In this document: positions 46,880-55,932 of the stretch, in pieces | Layout of the letters: every line of letters starts with the position of its first letter | Position numbering within the stretch: the stretch's first letter is position 1 | Program-made: the position numbers and the translations under genes | Notes under the pieces: model-generated | What the model saw: the letters and a program-made list of their open reading frames with translations, nothing else | The model's database searches: none | Told to the model about the DNA's origin: nothing | Source: a virus | Direction: 5' to 3' (one strand) | Length of the DNA: 64,000 nucleotides | Virus record (IMG/VR): IMGVR_UViG_3300046804_003518 | Coordinates: 32,001 to 96,000 of that record

Positions 46880-47487
46880 TTCCTCTAGCACCTGGCAAAT
46901 ATGACCGACTCACTATGTTTAGTGATCCTTGGAAATTTTATGTAATGGATAACTTTTTACCATTCAATTTGTATAACAATATTTTAAATTTAAAAAATAA
47001 ACACAATCATTTTAGATTTATTGATCAATGGGAGAATGGAAGAGTAGAGTCTACTGAAACAACTGGATTTCCAAAAAAGCATTCAATATATCTTCACAAT
47101 AAGCCTGTATTAAAAGCAAGTATTGCTGATGTTGTTTGTGGTAATTTAGGTTCTTTACTTCCTAATAGTTATTTTGTTATACCAGATTTTGTTAGATGTG
47201 AACCAGGTTATGTTTATCCCCAACACAAAGATCATAAATTAAAATATATTTCTATTGTTGTATTTTTAGACCCATTGAAATCTTGTGGTACAATATTTAA
47301 CCACCAGTCAGAAAGATATGTTGTTGGTTGGAGACAAAATAGAGCCTTAGTGTTTAAAAATGATGAACATGGACCACATTCTTATGTAAATACAACAGAC
47401 ACATATAGGTATACGTTGAACATTTATATTACTACCGATAACGATGAACCATTCAAAGTAGTGAATGAACAAACAATAAATATTTAA
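46876..47487 (+). CDS. 2OG-Fe(II) oxygenase (prolyl-hydroxylase-like)
   Basis: YPQHKD...ISIVVFL...GT.F...W..NRALVF...H.Y...R..LNI. Confidence 0.75.
   Translation: MIPLAPGKYDRLTMFSDPWKFYVMDNFLPFNLYNNILNLKNKHNHFRFIDQWENGRVESTETTGFPKKHSIYLHNKPVLKASIADVVCGNLGSLLPNSYFVIPDFVRCEPGYVYPQHKDHKLKYISIVVFLDPLKSCGTIFNHQSERYVVGWRQNRALVFKNDEHGPHSYVNTTDTYRYTLNIYITTDNDEPFKVVNEQTINI
47475..47482 (+). promoter_or_regulatory. Late promoter variant
   Basis: AATAAATA upstream of gp3. Confidence 0.55.
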
Positions 47488-47503
47488 AACAAAGGTATTT
47501 TGT

Positions 47504-48004
47504 ATGTCAATCCAAAAAAGTTTTTTATCACCATTAGGTTATCAGCTAACAATTCAAAAGATACCAAATGCTGTGCTCAATGTGGTGTCGGTTAATATTC
47601 CAGGTATCACTGTTGAAGATGCAGAAATCTTAACACCATTCAAAAATATTAAGTATCCTGAAAAGGTTGTGTACAACGACTTTGTTGTTAGATTCAAAGT
47701 TGACGAAAATATGTCCAACTATAAAGAGATATTTGATTGGATGCATCTAATTGGTCGACCAGAACAATTCAGTCCTCCTAATACAAATGCTATCTACCCA
47801 AATGATATCTATAGTACCTATTCGTCTGATGGTACACTACTGATCCTCAACTCCGCTAACAAACCAAATATTGAGGTAAGATTCAGAGACCTATTCCCCG
47901 TAGTTCTTGGTGATATTGAATTCACATCTCAGGATACAGATGTTACCTACATTGAGGCAACAGCAACGTTTAGGTGTCTACTGTTTACCATTCACAATGT
48001 TTAG
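47504..48004 (+). CDS. gp3: Tail tube terminator / completion protein
   Basis: FLSP.GY...I.K.P......S.NIPGI...F.VRF.VDENM.NY.EI.DWM..IG...D.TL.ILNS.N.P...V.F.DLFP..L. Confidence 0.9.
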   Translation: MSIQKSFLSPLGYQLTIQKIPNAVLNVVSVNIPGITVEDAEILTPFKNIKYPEKVVYNDFVVRFKVDENMSNYKEIFDWMHLIGRPEQFSPPNTNAIYPNDIYSTYSSDGTLLILNSANKPNIEVRFRDLFPVVLGDIEFTSQDTDVTYIEATATFRCLLFTIHNV

Positions 48005-48012
48005 GGTATAAT
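47983..48012 (+). promoter_or_regulatory. Host sigma70-type (early/middle) promoter for uvsY-uvsW
   Basis: GTTTACC ... TATAAT (TTTACC-N17-TATAAT), similar to T4 early GTTTAC promoters. Confidence 0.65.
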
Positions 48013-48040
48013 ATACCTACCGTAGGGTAGGAAATATATT

Positions 48041-48475
48041 ATGAAGCTCGAAGAAATATTTGGTGAATGGGAGAAGGATAGCAAAGTTGACCGATCAGAA
48101 CTCGGCGACGTTGCATTGAACATTCCTAAGCTCCATCACAAGTACTTTAAACTATTCTCCCACGAACGTCTATTGCTAAGAAAGCTTGAGCAGGACATGA
48201 AGAAGTTGAAAAAGCTAAAGTGGGAGTACTACACGGGAGTTCTCGATCAAGAGACACTTGAGGAGATGAAGTGGGAACCGTTCCTACAAAAAATCCTGAA
48301 ACAAGACGTACCTACATATATTGATAGTGATTCAGATATTATTACTCTTAACCTAAGAATAGCTGTTCAGCAAGAAAAGATTGATGCATTAGAGTCAATC
48401 ATTAAGTCCATTATGAACTTAGGGTTCCAAGTTAAGAGTGCAATTGATTGGGAAAAGTTTAAGACAGGACAATGA
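48041..48475 (+). CDS. uvsY: Recombination mediator protein
   Basis: W..DS..D...L.......P.LH.KY...K.K.EYY.G...K.D...Y...D...I..R.FQVKSAIDW.KF..G. Confidence 0.92.
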   Translation: MKLEEIFGEWEKDSKVDRSELGDVALNIPKLHHKYFKLFSHERLLLRKLEQDMKKLKKLKWEYYTGVLDQETLEEMKWEPFLQKILKQDVPTYIDSDSDIITLNLRIAVQQEKIDALESIIKSIMNLGFQVKSAIDWEKFKTGQ

Positions 48476-49932
48476 CAGAAACACTAGTCGTCTCAAAATT
48501 TAATGATGTATATGTGACGGTTGATTGTGACGCTAGTGTTGCAATGGAGCTGAAGGACTACTTTACCTTTAAGGTTCCTGGTTATCGCTTCATGCCTGCC
48601 TACCGTAATAAGGTATGGTCAGGCGATATTCATCTATTCAATCCAATGAGCAAGAGAATATACTTTGGATTGATTCCCTATATCAACAAGTTTTGCGAAA
48701 CACGAAACTACAAACTTCAATTCCATGATAGCGTGGATGGCTTTGCTAGTATTGATGAACAGTCCGTTGTAGACTTTATCACTAATCTTAACTTACCATT
48801 TAAGCCAAGAGGCTATCAGCTTGAAGCCTTCATTCATGGTATAAGAACAAAAAGATCATTACTAGTCTCTCCCACTGCTTCTGGTAAGTCATTAATCATT
48901 TATATGATTACAAAGTGGTGGCAGCGAACAGATTTCAAAACTCTTATTATTGTTCCAACTATCTCTCTTGTTGAACAGATGAAGGGTGACTTTGTATCGT
49001 ATGGTGGCGATGAAAATGATATCCACACTATCATGTCTGGTAGGGAAAAGAATTCAGACAAGCCAATTGTCATATCTACCTGGCAATCAATTTATAAGAT
49101 GCCAAGACAATGGTATGAGCAGTTTGATGTTGTTATTGGAGATGAGGCCCACCAGTACAAGGCTAAGTCGTTAACATCCATCTTAGAGAAGATGACAAAG
49201 TGTCCCATTAGAATGGGATTCACTGGTACACTTGATGGCACACAAACACATAGACTAGTTTTAGAAGGTTTGTTTGGAGCAGTAAAGAAGGTAACAACTA
49301 CTGCTGAACTTATTGAACAAAAGCATCTGGCTGACTTTAAGATTCAGGCTATCGTACTCAAACATACAGATGCAAACAAAAAAGAATATAGTAGATGTGA
49401 GTATCACGATGAGATTGATTTCTTGGTTCGTAATGAATCAAGGAACAATTTTATATCTCAGCTATCCTTGCATCTAAAAGGTAACACTCTTATCCTTTAT
49501 CAATTTATAGAGAAGCATGGCAAGCCTCTACATAAGATGCTCATAGATCAAAACAAAGAGGATAGACATATTTTTTTTGTATCTGGAGAAGTAGAGGTAG
49601 AGGATAGAGAGCTTGTAAGAAAGATTACAGAGCAAGAGGACAATGCAATCATTGTAGCCTCTTACGGTACGTTCTCAACTGGTATAAATATTAGAAACCT
49701 ACACAATGTTGTGTTTGCTTCACCTACCAAGTCAAGAATCAGATCTCTCCAGTCAATTGGTAGAGCTCTAAGAAGAGGGGACAATAAGCAACAAGCAACA
49801 TTATATGATATCGCTGACGATCTTTCTTGGAAGAAGTCGAAGAATCATACCCTAAAGCATTTTATTGAGCGAGTGGGAATTTATACTAGTGAGAAGTTCG
49901 AATATAAAATCACGAGCTATCAGTTGAGGTAA
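48472..49932 (+). CDS. uvsW: DNA helicase
   Basis: FTF.VPGY.FMP.YR...W.G.I.LF; SPTASGKS; GDEAH; GFTGT; STGINI.NLHN..FASP.KS.IR.LQSIGR.LR. Confidence 0.97.
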   Translation: MTETLVVSKFNDVYVTVDCDASVAMELKDYFTFKVPGYRFMPAYRNKVWSGDIHLFNPMSKRIYFGLIPYINKFCETRNYKLQFHDSVDGFASIDEQSVVDFITNLNLPFKPRGYQLEAFIHGIRTKRSLLVSPTASGKSLIIYMITKWWQRTDFKTLIIVPTISLVEQMKGDFVSYGGDENDIHTIMSGREKNSDKPIVISTWQSIYKMPRQWYEQFDVVIGDEAHQYKAKSLTSILEKMTKCPIRMGFTGTLDGTQTHRLVLEGLFGAVKKVTTTAELIEQKHLADFKIQAIVLKHTDANKKEYSRCEYHDEIDFLVRNESRNNFISQLSLHLKGNTLILYQFIEKHGKPLHKMLIDQNKEDRHIFFVSGEVEVEDRELVRKITEQEDNAIIVASYGTFSTGINIRNLHNVVFASPTKSRIRSLQSIGRALRRGDNKQQATLYDIADDLSWKKSKNHTLKHFIERVGIYTSEKFEYKITSYQLR

Positions 49933-49935
49933 GTT

Positions 49936-50352
49936 ATGGCAGCATTCATTCTTGTCAAACTGAGCGATGATGACTCTTTCATTATTGGGGAGCTTCACAA
50001 CGAAACAGAAGATGATGTTGTGATGAAGTATCCTGTTACTGTTAGGTTAAGAACAACAGTTAACCAAACAACAAATGTTACTACTTCTAAACTAATGCCA
50101 TTTTCTGAGAACAATATTGTAGCACTAAAGAAAAGCTCAATCATTGCTTTCTCAAAGCCTAATGAGCGTATTATTAAATACTATCTGAAATTTATTGAGA
50201 GATTCCAACAGATACTAGATGAAGATCTAGAAAAGGACATCTGTGGTCTCCAAGACGACTATAACGATAGTCCTCTTGGTATTGAAATAGATGATGAAGA
50301 TGATGTAGAGGGTCTAACAATTATGGCAGGTTCTACACCTGTCTTGCACTAA
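49936..50352 (+). CDS. Conserved hypothetical (Sm-like) protein between uvsW and gp55
   Basis: ILVKL...D.IIGE...V.M..P pattern and syntenic position. Confidence 0.6.
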   Translation: MAAFILVKLSDDDSFIIGELHNETEDDVVMKYPVTVRLRTTVNQTTNVTTSKLMPFSENNIVALKKSSIIAFSKPNERIIKYYLKFIERFQQILDEDLEKDICGLQDDYNDSPLGIEIDDEDDVEGLTIMAGSTPVLH

Positions 50353-50378
50353 TAATATATCTGACCCCCACAAAGGTG

Positions 50379-50407
50379 ATTATACAGAGTAGAACACAAA
50401 AAGTCAA
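50379..50407 (-). promoter_or_regulatory. Consensus sigma70 promoter on the antisense strand
   Basis: Reverse complement reads TTGACT-N17-TATAAT. Confidence 0.65.
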
Positions 50408-50410
50408 CGG

Positions 50411-50439
50411 TTGAACTAACTATCTAATTGTGTTATTAT
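50411..50439 (+). promoter_or_regulatory. Sigma70-type promoter for gp55-47-46
   Basis: TTGAAC-N17-TATTAT with an extended -10 TG. Confidence 0.65.
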
Positions 50440-50465
50440 ATTTAAATGTTTGAAAAGGATTTGTA

Positions 50466-51035
50466 ATGAGCGAAGTTAAAGATAAGGCTAACCACTACGT
50501 TAGTAACGATGAATTTTATAAGGCTATCGTAGAATTTAGAAAGAAAGTTCTAGCTGCAGAAGCGCAGGGACTACCAAAACCTGTGATCCCACATTACATC
50601 GGCGATTGTTTGATCAAGATTGCTAATAAACTTTCCTATAGCCCTAACTTTATCAACTACACATTCCGCGATGAAATGATTGCGGATGGTTTGGAAAACT
50701 GTATTAACTATTTCCATAACTTTGACCCCGATAAGTCTACTAACCCTTTCTCTTACTTTACACAGATCATCTACTTTGCTTTTCTTCGCCGTATCCAGAA
50801 GGAGAAGAAGTATATGTATGTAAAGCATAAGGTCACCCAGCAAAAAATGATTAGCCATGAACTAATGAACATTCAAGAGCTAGATGAGCTTGGTGAGTTC
50901 GATATTGAGATTACTGACTATACATCCAACGACTATATGGATAACTTCATTGAGCAGTTTGAAGCAAGTGCTCTAAAGAAGAAGACCGAAAGGCAAGCTA
51001 AGAAAGGCCTTGAGAAGTTAATTAAGGAAGACTAA
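50466..51035 (+). CDS. gp55: Late-transcription sigma factor
   Basis: HYV.N.EF..AI...YIG.C..KIA.KLS..PNF.NYT.RDEMI.DG.ENC..Y..NFDP.KS.NPF.YFTQI.YFAFLRRI.KEKK. Confidence 0.97.
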   Translation: MSEVKDKANHYVSNDEFYKAIVEFRKKVLAAEAQGLPKPVIPHYIGDCLIKIANKLSYSPNFINYTFRDEMIADGLENCINYFHNFDPDKSTNPFSYFTQIIYFAFLRRIQKEKKYMYVKHKVTQQKMISHELMNIQELDELGEFDIEITDYTSNDYMDNFIEQFEASALKKKTERQAKKGLEKLIKED

Positions 51036-51038
51036 ATT

Positions 51039-52118
51039 ATGAAGATCGCTTTGATCACTGATACGCACTTTGGTGGGCGTGGTGACTCTCCTATATTCTC
51101 TGAGTACCTTGGTAGGTTTTATAAAGAGGTATTCTTTCCATACCTTTATGAAAATTATATCACCGACATTATCCACCTTGGTGATATTGTAGACCGTCGC
51201 AAGTATATCAGCTACCTTTCTCTGAGAAAGTTTAAGGAGCAGTTCATTAAGCCTGTCATCGACAAGAACCTCAACCTTCATGTCATTATTGGTAACCACG
51301 ACACATTCTATAAGAACACTAATGATGTAAACTGCATGACTGAGTTGTTTGGTACTAACAAACCAAAGAACATCAACTGGTATACAGAAGCAACAGAAGT
51401 AGAGTTTGGTAGTACAAACATTTTGTTTGTTCCTTGGATGTGTAGTGAGAACTTTGAACAAACAGTTGAAAGAATAGCCGACACAAGTGCCCAGGTGTGC
51501 TTTGGTCATCTTGAGCTTGCAGGCTTTGAGATGCAGAAGGGTACAATCATTGATCATGGTTATGATGCTAAACTTTTTAAGAAGTTTGATATTGTTCTCT
51601 CTGGCCACTATCATCATAGATCAACAAAGGGCAATGTAACCTATCTTGGTTGCCCATATGAGATTGTCTGGTCTGACTATGATGACCCTAAGGGCTTCCA
51701 TGTCTTTGATACAGAGACAAGAGAGATTGAGTTTGTACCAAATCCGTTACTACTTTTTGAAAAGCACTACTACGATGACCTTGGTAAAGAAAGAGATGAT
51801 GTTGTCCTTGATGACTACTCCCACCTCAAAGGTAAGTTTGTAAAGGTTGTTGTAAAGAATAAGAATAACCCGTATTGGTTTGATAGTGTCATCGATAGAA
51901 TTGAGAGAGCTGGTGTAGCAGACCTTCAAGTAGTTGAAGATCATTTACATCTTGACTTAGAAGAAGATTCAAGTATAATATCCGACGCTGAGGACACTCT
52001 AACAATCATTAGAAAGTTCTCCGACCAATACATTAGTAATAAAGACAATGTACCAAAGCTGAATAAGCTTCTTGGTGATTTGTACATTGAAGCAATGGAA
52101 CTACAGACTAAGCAATGA
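51039..52118 (+). CDS. gp47: Recombination endonuclease subunit (Mre11/SbcD-like)
   Basis: DTHFG, GDIVDRRK, GNHD, GHLE, SGHYH metallophosphoesterase motifs. Confidence 0.96.
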   Translation: MKIALITDTHFGGRGDSPIFSEYLGRFYKEVFFPYLYENYITDIIHLGDIVDRRKYISYLSLRKFKEQFIKPVIDKNLNLHVIIGNHDTFYKNTNDVNCMTELFGTNKPKNINWYTEATEVEFGSTNILFVPWMCSENFEQTVERIADTSAQVCFGHLELAGFEMQKGTIIDHGYDAKLFKKFDIVLSGHYHHRSTKGNVTYLGCPYEIVWSDYDDPKGFHVFDTETREIEFVPNPLLLFEKHYYDDLGKERDDVVLDDYSHLKGKFVKVVVKNKNNPYWFDSVIDRIERAGVADLQVVEDHLHLDLEEDSSIISDAEDTLTIIRKFSDQYISNKDNVPKLNKLLGDLYIEAMELQTKQ

Positions 52119-53827
52119 TACTCTTTAAGAAAGTTAAGTGGAAGAACTTTCTCTCTACTGGTAATAACTTTACCGAGATTGATCTTACCAAGCATAAATC
52201 AACATTGATTGTAGGTACGAATGGTTCTGGTAAGTCAACCATTCTTGATGCCATCTCGTTTGCCCTCTATAATAAACCATTCAGAAAGATCAATAAGCCA
52301 CAGCTTGTTAACTCTATCAATGGTAAAGAACTCTGCGTAGAGCTGGAGTTTGTTGTAGGTAGTGCAAACTATAAAATTGTTAGGGGGATTAAGCCAAACA
52401 GGTTTGAGATCTATAAGAATGATGTTCTTCTCAATCAGGATGCTGATAGTAAAGACTATCAAGAGGTTGTAGAAAAGCAGATCATTAAAATGAACCATAG
52501 AACATTCTCACAGGTAGTTGTTCTAGGTTCTTCTACCTATGTCCCATTCATGCAACTCTCTGCAGCAAGTAGAAGAGAGGTCATTGAAGACTTGCTTGAC
52601 ATCCAAGTCTTTACTACAATGAATACTTTGCTAAAGAGTAAAGTGGCAAGCAATCAAGATGAGCTCAAGCAAGCAAAGTATGATAGTGATCTTATCGATG
52701 AGAAGATCAACATTCAGAACAGCTATATCGATTCTCTAAACAAAGATGTTCAGAATAAGATTGAAGAAAACAAAGTAAAGATCAAGCAGACTCAATCTGA
52801 GATTGATGTTCTTGGTGTTGATGCTGCCACAAAGAATGGTACTATTGATAATAAGCTAAAGCAAACTGCTAACCTCGATAAGCTAACCAAGAGAATGGAA
52901 AAGTCACTTGTCTTGAAAGAGAAGACAGTGGATAGAATCTCTAAGTTGAATAAAGAGATTAAGTTCTTCCACGACAACGATGATTGTCCAACTTGTAAGC
53001 AAGGTATCCAACATGACTTCAAGAGTGAGGCAATTAATTCCAAGCAGACTCAGGTTGCTGAGATTCAAGAGAACCTAACTCTACTTGAACAGGATTATAA
53101 TAACACAGTTAGTGAGATTAATAGGATCAATGTAATCCAAAAAGAGATTCAAACAATCCAGCACGAGCTTGCTAAGATTCAAGCTGAGATCTCTTCTAAG
53201 AAGAAGTTTATTGACTACCTACAAAATGAGATTGATGCTCTTGAGGGTAACACTGCTAATGTTGATGCAGAAAAGGCAAAGCTAAAGGAACTAAAGAAAC
53301 AAAAGCAGGAAGCTGAAGACAAGAAGCAAAGGCTACTTGAGGATTACGAAATCCTCCAAGCTGCTTCTGCTCTATTGAAGGATGGTGGTATTAAGACTAG
53401 AATCCTTCGTCAGTATATTCCTATCATTAATAAGCTGATCAACAAGTACTTGGCTGCCATGGACTTCTTTGTCCAGTTTGAAATTGATGAACAATTTAAC
53501 GAGACTATTAAGTCTAGATTCAGAGATGAGTTTAGTTACAATTCATTCTCTGAAGGTGAGAAGATGAGAATCAACTTAGCTGTTCTCTTTACATGGAGAG
53601 CAATTGCTAAGATGAGAAATAGTGCTGCTACTAATCTTCTGATCATGGATGAGGTGTTTGATAGTTCTCTAGATAGTTCTGGTACAGATGAGTTCTTGAA
53701 GATCATTCAGACTCTCACTGCTGATACTAACACATTCATTATTAGCCATAAGACAGATCAGCTATTTGATAAGTTCCATAATGTTATTAAATTTGAGAAG
53801 ACAAAAAACTTTTCAAGGATTGTGTAA
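52115..53827 (+). CDS. gp46: Recombination endonuclease ATPase subunit (Rad50/SbcC-like)
   Basis: G.NGSGKST; zinc hook CPTC; FSEGEK signature; MDEVFD Walker B. Confidence 0.97.
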   Translation: MILFKKVKWKNFLSTGNNFTEIDLTKHKSTLIVGTNGSGKSTILDAISFALYNKPFRKINKPQLVNSINGKELCVELEFVVGSANYKIVRGIKPNRFEIYKNDVLLNQDADSKDYQEVVEKQIIKMNHRTFSQVVVLGSSTYVPFMQLSAASRREVIEDLLDIQVFTTMNTLLKSKVASNQDELKQAKYDSDLIDEKINIQNSYIDSLNKDVQNKIEENKVKIKQTQSEIDVLGVDAATKNGTIDNKLKQTANLDKLTKRMEKSLVLKEKTVDRISKLNKEIKFFHDNDDCPTCKQGIQHDFKSEAINSKQTQVAEIQENLTLLEQDYNNTVSEINRINVIQKEIQTIQHELAKIQAEISSKKKFIDYLQNEIDALEGNTANVDAEKAKLKELKKQKQEAEDKKQRLLEDYEILQAASALLKDGGIKTRILRQYIPIINKLINKYLAAMDFFVQFEIDEQFNETIKSRFRDEFSYNSFSEGEKMRINLAVLFTWRAIAKMRNSAATNLLIMDEVFDSSLDSSGTDEFLKIIQTLTADTNTFIISHKTDQLFDKFHNVIKFEKTKNFSRIV

Positions 53828-54378
53828 TGTGGATCAAGCAAGTATTCAATAAACAGTGGACTGATAGTGTCCATAAGTTAGCTGAAAAATATACAGATCA
53901 GCAAGGGGATTATGAGATTGTCTCTTTAAAGGACCCAACTAAAAAAGAAAAGAAGACAGAAAATTATTTAATGAGGGCAATCCCAACAGCTAAAGAAAGA
54001 CAGCTAGCTGATTTTGTAAAAGATACTGCGTTCAAAGCTAATTGTGAAATGTATGGATTCAATGTCTGGTTTGAAACAGATTCAATTCAATATACAACAT
54101 ATAAATCAGATACAAATATGGAATTTCCTCTCCACACAGACTCCGTGTGGTTTGGCAAGCCTGTCGTTCATAAGCTAACAATTGTAATTGGGTTAACAGA
54201 CAAGGATGAGTATACAGGGGGAGAATTTGTTATTGGGGGTCGAGCAGAAACAAGTATTAAGTTAACAGCTGGCCAAGCAATTGTTTTTCCTTCTATTATG
54301 TGGCATGGCGTAAAACCAGTGTTGACGGGAACCAGACAAACATTAGTGGCCTGGTATAAAGGCCCAAGGTGGATGTAA
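53827..54378 (+). CDS. 2OG-Fe(II) oxygenase (PKHD/P4H type)
   Basis: LHTD...KLT.VI.L...Y.GGEF...GQAIVFPS.MWHGV.PV..G.R..LV.W..GP.W. Confidence 0.88.
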   Translation: MWIKQVFNKQWTDSVHKLAEKYTDQQGDYEIVSLKDPTKKEKKTENYLMRAIPTAKERQLADFVKDTAFKANCEMYGFNVWFETDSIQYTTYKSDTNMEFPLHTDSVWFGKPVVHKLTIVIGLTDKDEYTGGEFVIGGRAETSIKLTAGQAIVFPSIMWHGVKPVLTGTRQTLVAWYKGPRWM

Positions 54379-54379
54379 C

Positions 54380-54946
54380 ATGCTGCCAAAAATTATAGTA
54401 CGTCCAAACTTCTTTCCTGCATGGTGGTGTGATAACATAAACAACCACATGACCAATAATGTTCCACTAAGTGGGTTTGGAAAGAAGGGTGTTAGAAGGT
54501 GTGATGTAAGATTACTAACACCCAACATGAAGCCATATCAAGGTGTGTTTAATTCTATCATGGACTTTGCTAAGGCAAATATTGAGAACCTTGGTATTGA
54601 CATTGATTACAAGATTGATGGACCAATCCAACATATCACTTATAAAACTGGCCATCATGTAGGATGGCATGATGATACAATGAACTACAACATGGCTCTA
54701 AACAATCCTTTGTATAGCGACTTAAAAACCGATAGAAAGGTATCATTGACTGTCATGCTATCTGACCCTACAGATTACACTGGAGGCAATTTTGTGTTTG
54801 AAAAAGGTTACCCTTTAAACACAAAGGTTGAGGGTAAAGGTACCGTTGCAATGTTTACATCATACACACCTCACATGGTTACTGAAATTACATCTGGTGT
54901 GAGGAATATATTGTTTGTGTTTATAACTGGTCCTACATGGAGATAG
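54380..54946 (+). CDS. 2OG-Fe(II) oxygenase (tandem paralogue)
   Basis: WHDD...RKVSLTV.LSDP..Y.GG.F...F.SY.PH.VT..TSG.R..L..F.TGP.WR. Confidence 0.88.
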   Translation: MLPKIIVRPNFFPAWWCDNINNHMTNNVPLSGFGKKGVRRCDVRLLTPNMKPYQGVFNSIMDFAKANIENLGIDIDYKIDGPIQHITYKTGHHVGWHDDTMNYNMALNNPLYSDLKTDRKVSLTVMLSDPTDYTGGNFVFEKGYPLNTKVEGKGTVAMFTSYTPHMVTEITSGVRNILFVFITGPTWR

Positions 54947-54989
54947 TTGAAAAAATCTACTAGTTGATGTATACTTACAATTATAAATA
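54947..54989 (+). promoter_or_regulatory. Tandem sigma70 promoter and late promoter ahead of the deazaguanine cluster
   Basis: TTGAAA(54947)-N17-TATACT(54970), followed by TATAAATA (54982-54989). Confidence 0.6.
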
Positions 54990-55011
54990 TGTTTAATTTG
55001 AGGCTTCTGTA

Positions 55012-55932
55012 ATGCAAAAAGAATATCATTATTCTGAGATCTTCTATTCTGTTCAAGGTGAAGGTCGATACACTGGTATACCAACTGCTTGGTTAAGATA
55101 CTTCCTCTGTAATCTCCAGTGTGATGGGTTTGGTCAGAAAGATCCAACTGACCCTAAGACATATAAACTTCCTTATAAAGAAATGAACGTCGACTTCATT
55201 AAGAGAGTTGAAGACCTTCCTGTATGGAAGTATGGTTGCGATTCTTCCTACTCTTGGGCAAAGAAGTTTAAGCACTTAATGCATAAGGGTACTCCTGAGT
55301 ATATTGCTAACCAAATTCTTGGTTACATTAGAACAGAACACAATACAGAGGCAAGATTTGATCATCCATCAGGTCAGCCTATTCATATGTGCTTTACAGG
55401 TGGTGAGCCTTTAATGAAGCACGCTCAGGATTGTACTGTTGGAGTTCTAGATTACTTTGATAGTATTAAGAATAGTCCTAAATTTGTTACATTCGAGACT
55501 AATGCTACACAAGCTCTGAAGCCAGAGTTTAGTAACTTTATGACTAACTGGAGAGAGATGGGTAGAGAGATTTTCATTTCATCTTCCCCTAAGCTCTGGA
55601 CTACTTCCGGCGAAACAAACAAGGATGCTATCATTCCTGAGGTATTAGCTGAGTATCATTCTCTTTCTAAAGGCCATGGACAGATTAAGTATGTTGTCAA
55701 TGGCAAGAAAGAAACATGGGATGAAGTTGAACACGTAACGAACGAGTTTAGAAAGGCTGGAGTTACATTCCCTGTTTGGATTATGCCAGTTGGTGCCACA
55801 GAAGAAGGCCAGACAGGTGAGCTAGAAGGTTACATGAGTGCTGGTGCTATTGCTGAAGAAGCCTTTAAGAGGGGCTATAATGTATCGGCAAGAGTCCATG
55901 TGTATTTGTGGGGTAACACAATTGGAGTCTAA
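55012..55932 (+). CDS. queE: 7-carboxy-7-deazaguanine synthase (radical SAM)
   Basis: YSEIFYSVQGEG..TG.P...LR...CN..C...CDS.YSW; TGGEP; FETN; SSSPKL; RVH..LWG. Confidence 0.9.
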   Translation: MQKEYHYSEIFYSVQGEGRYTGIPTAWLRYFLCNLQCDGFGQKDPTDPKTYKLPYKEMNVDFIKRVEDLPVWKYGCDSSYSWAKKFKHLMHKGTPEYIANQILGYIRTEHNTEARFDHPSGQPIHMCFTGGEPLMKHAQDCTVGVLDYFDSIKNSPKFVTFETNATQALKPEFSNFMTNWREMGREIFISSSPKLWTTSGETNKDAIIPEVLAEYHSLSKGHGQIKYVVNGKKETWDEVEHVTNEFRKAGVTFPVWIMPVGATEEGQTGELEGYMSAGAIAEEAFKRGYNVSARVHVYLWGNTIGV

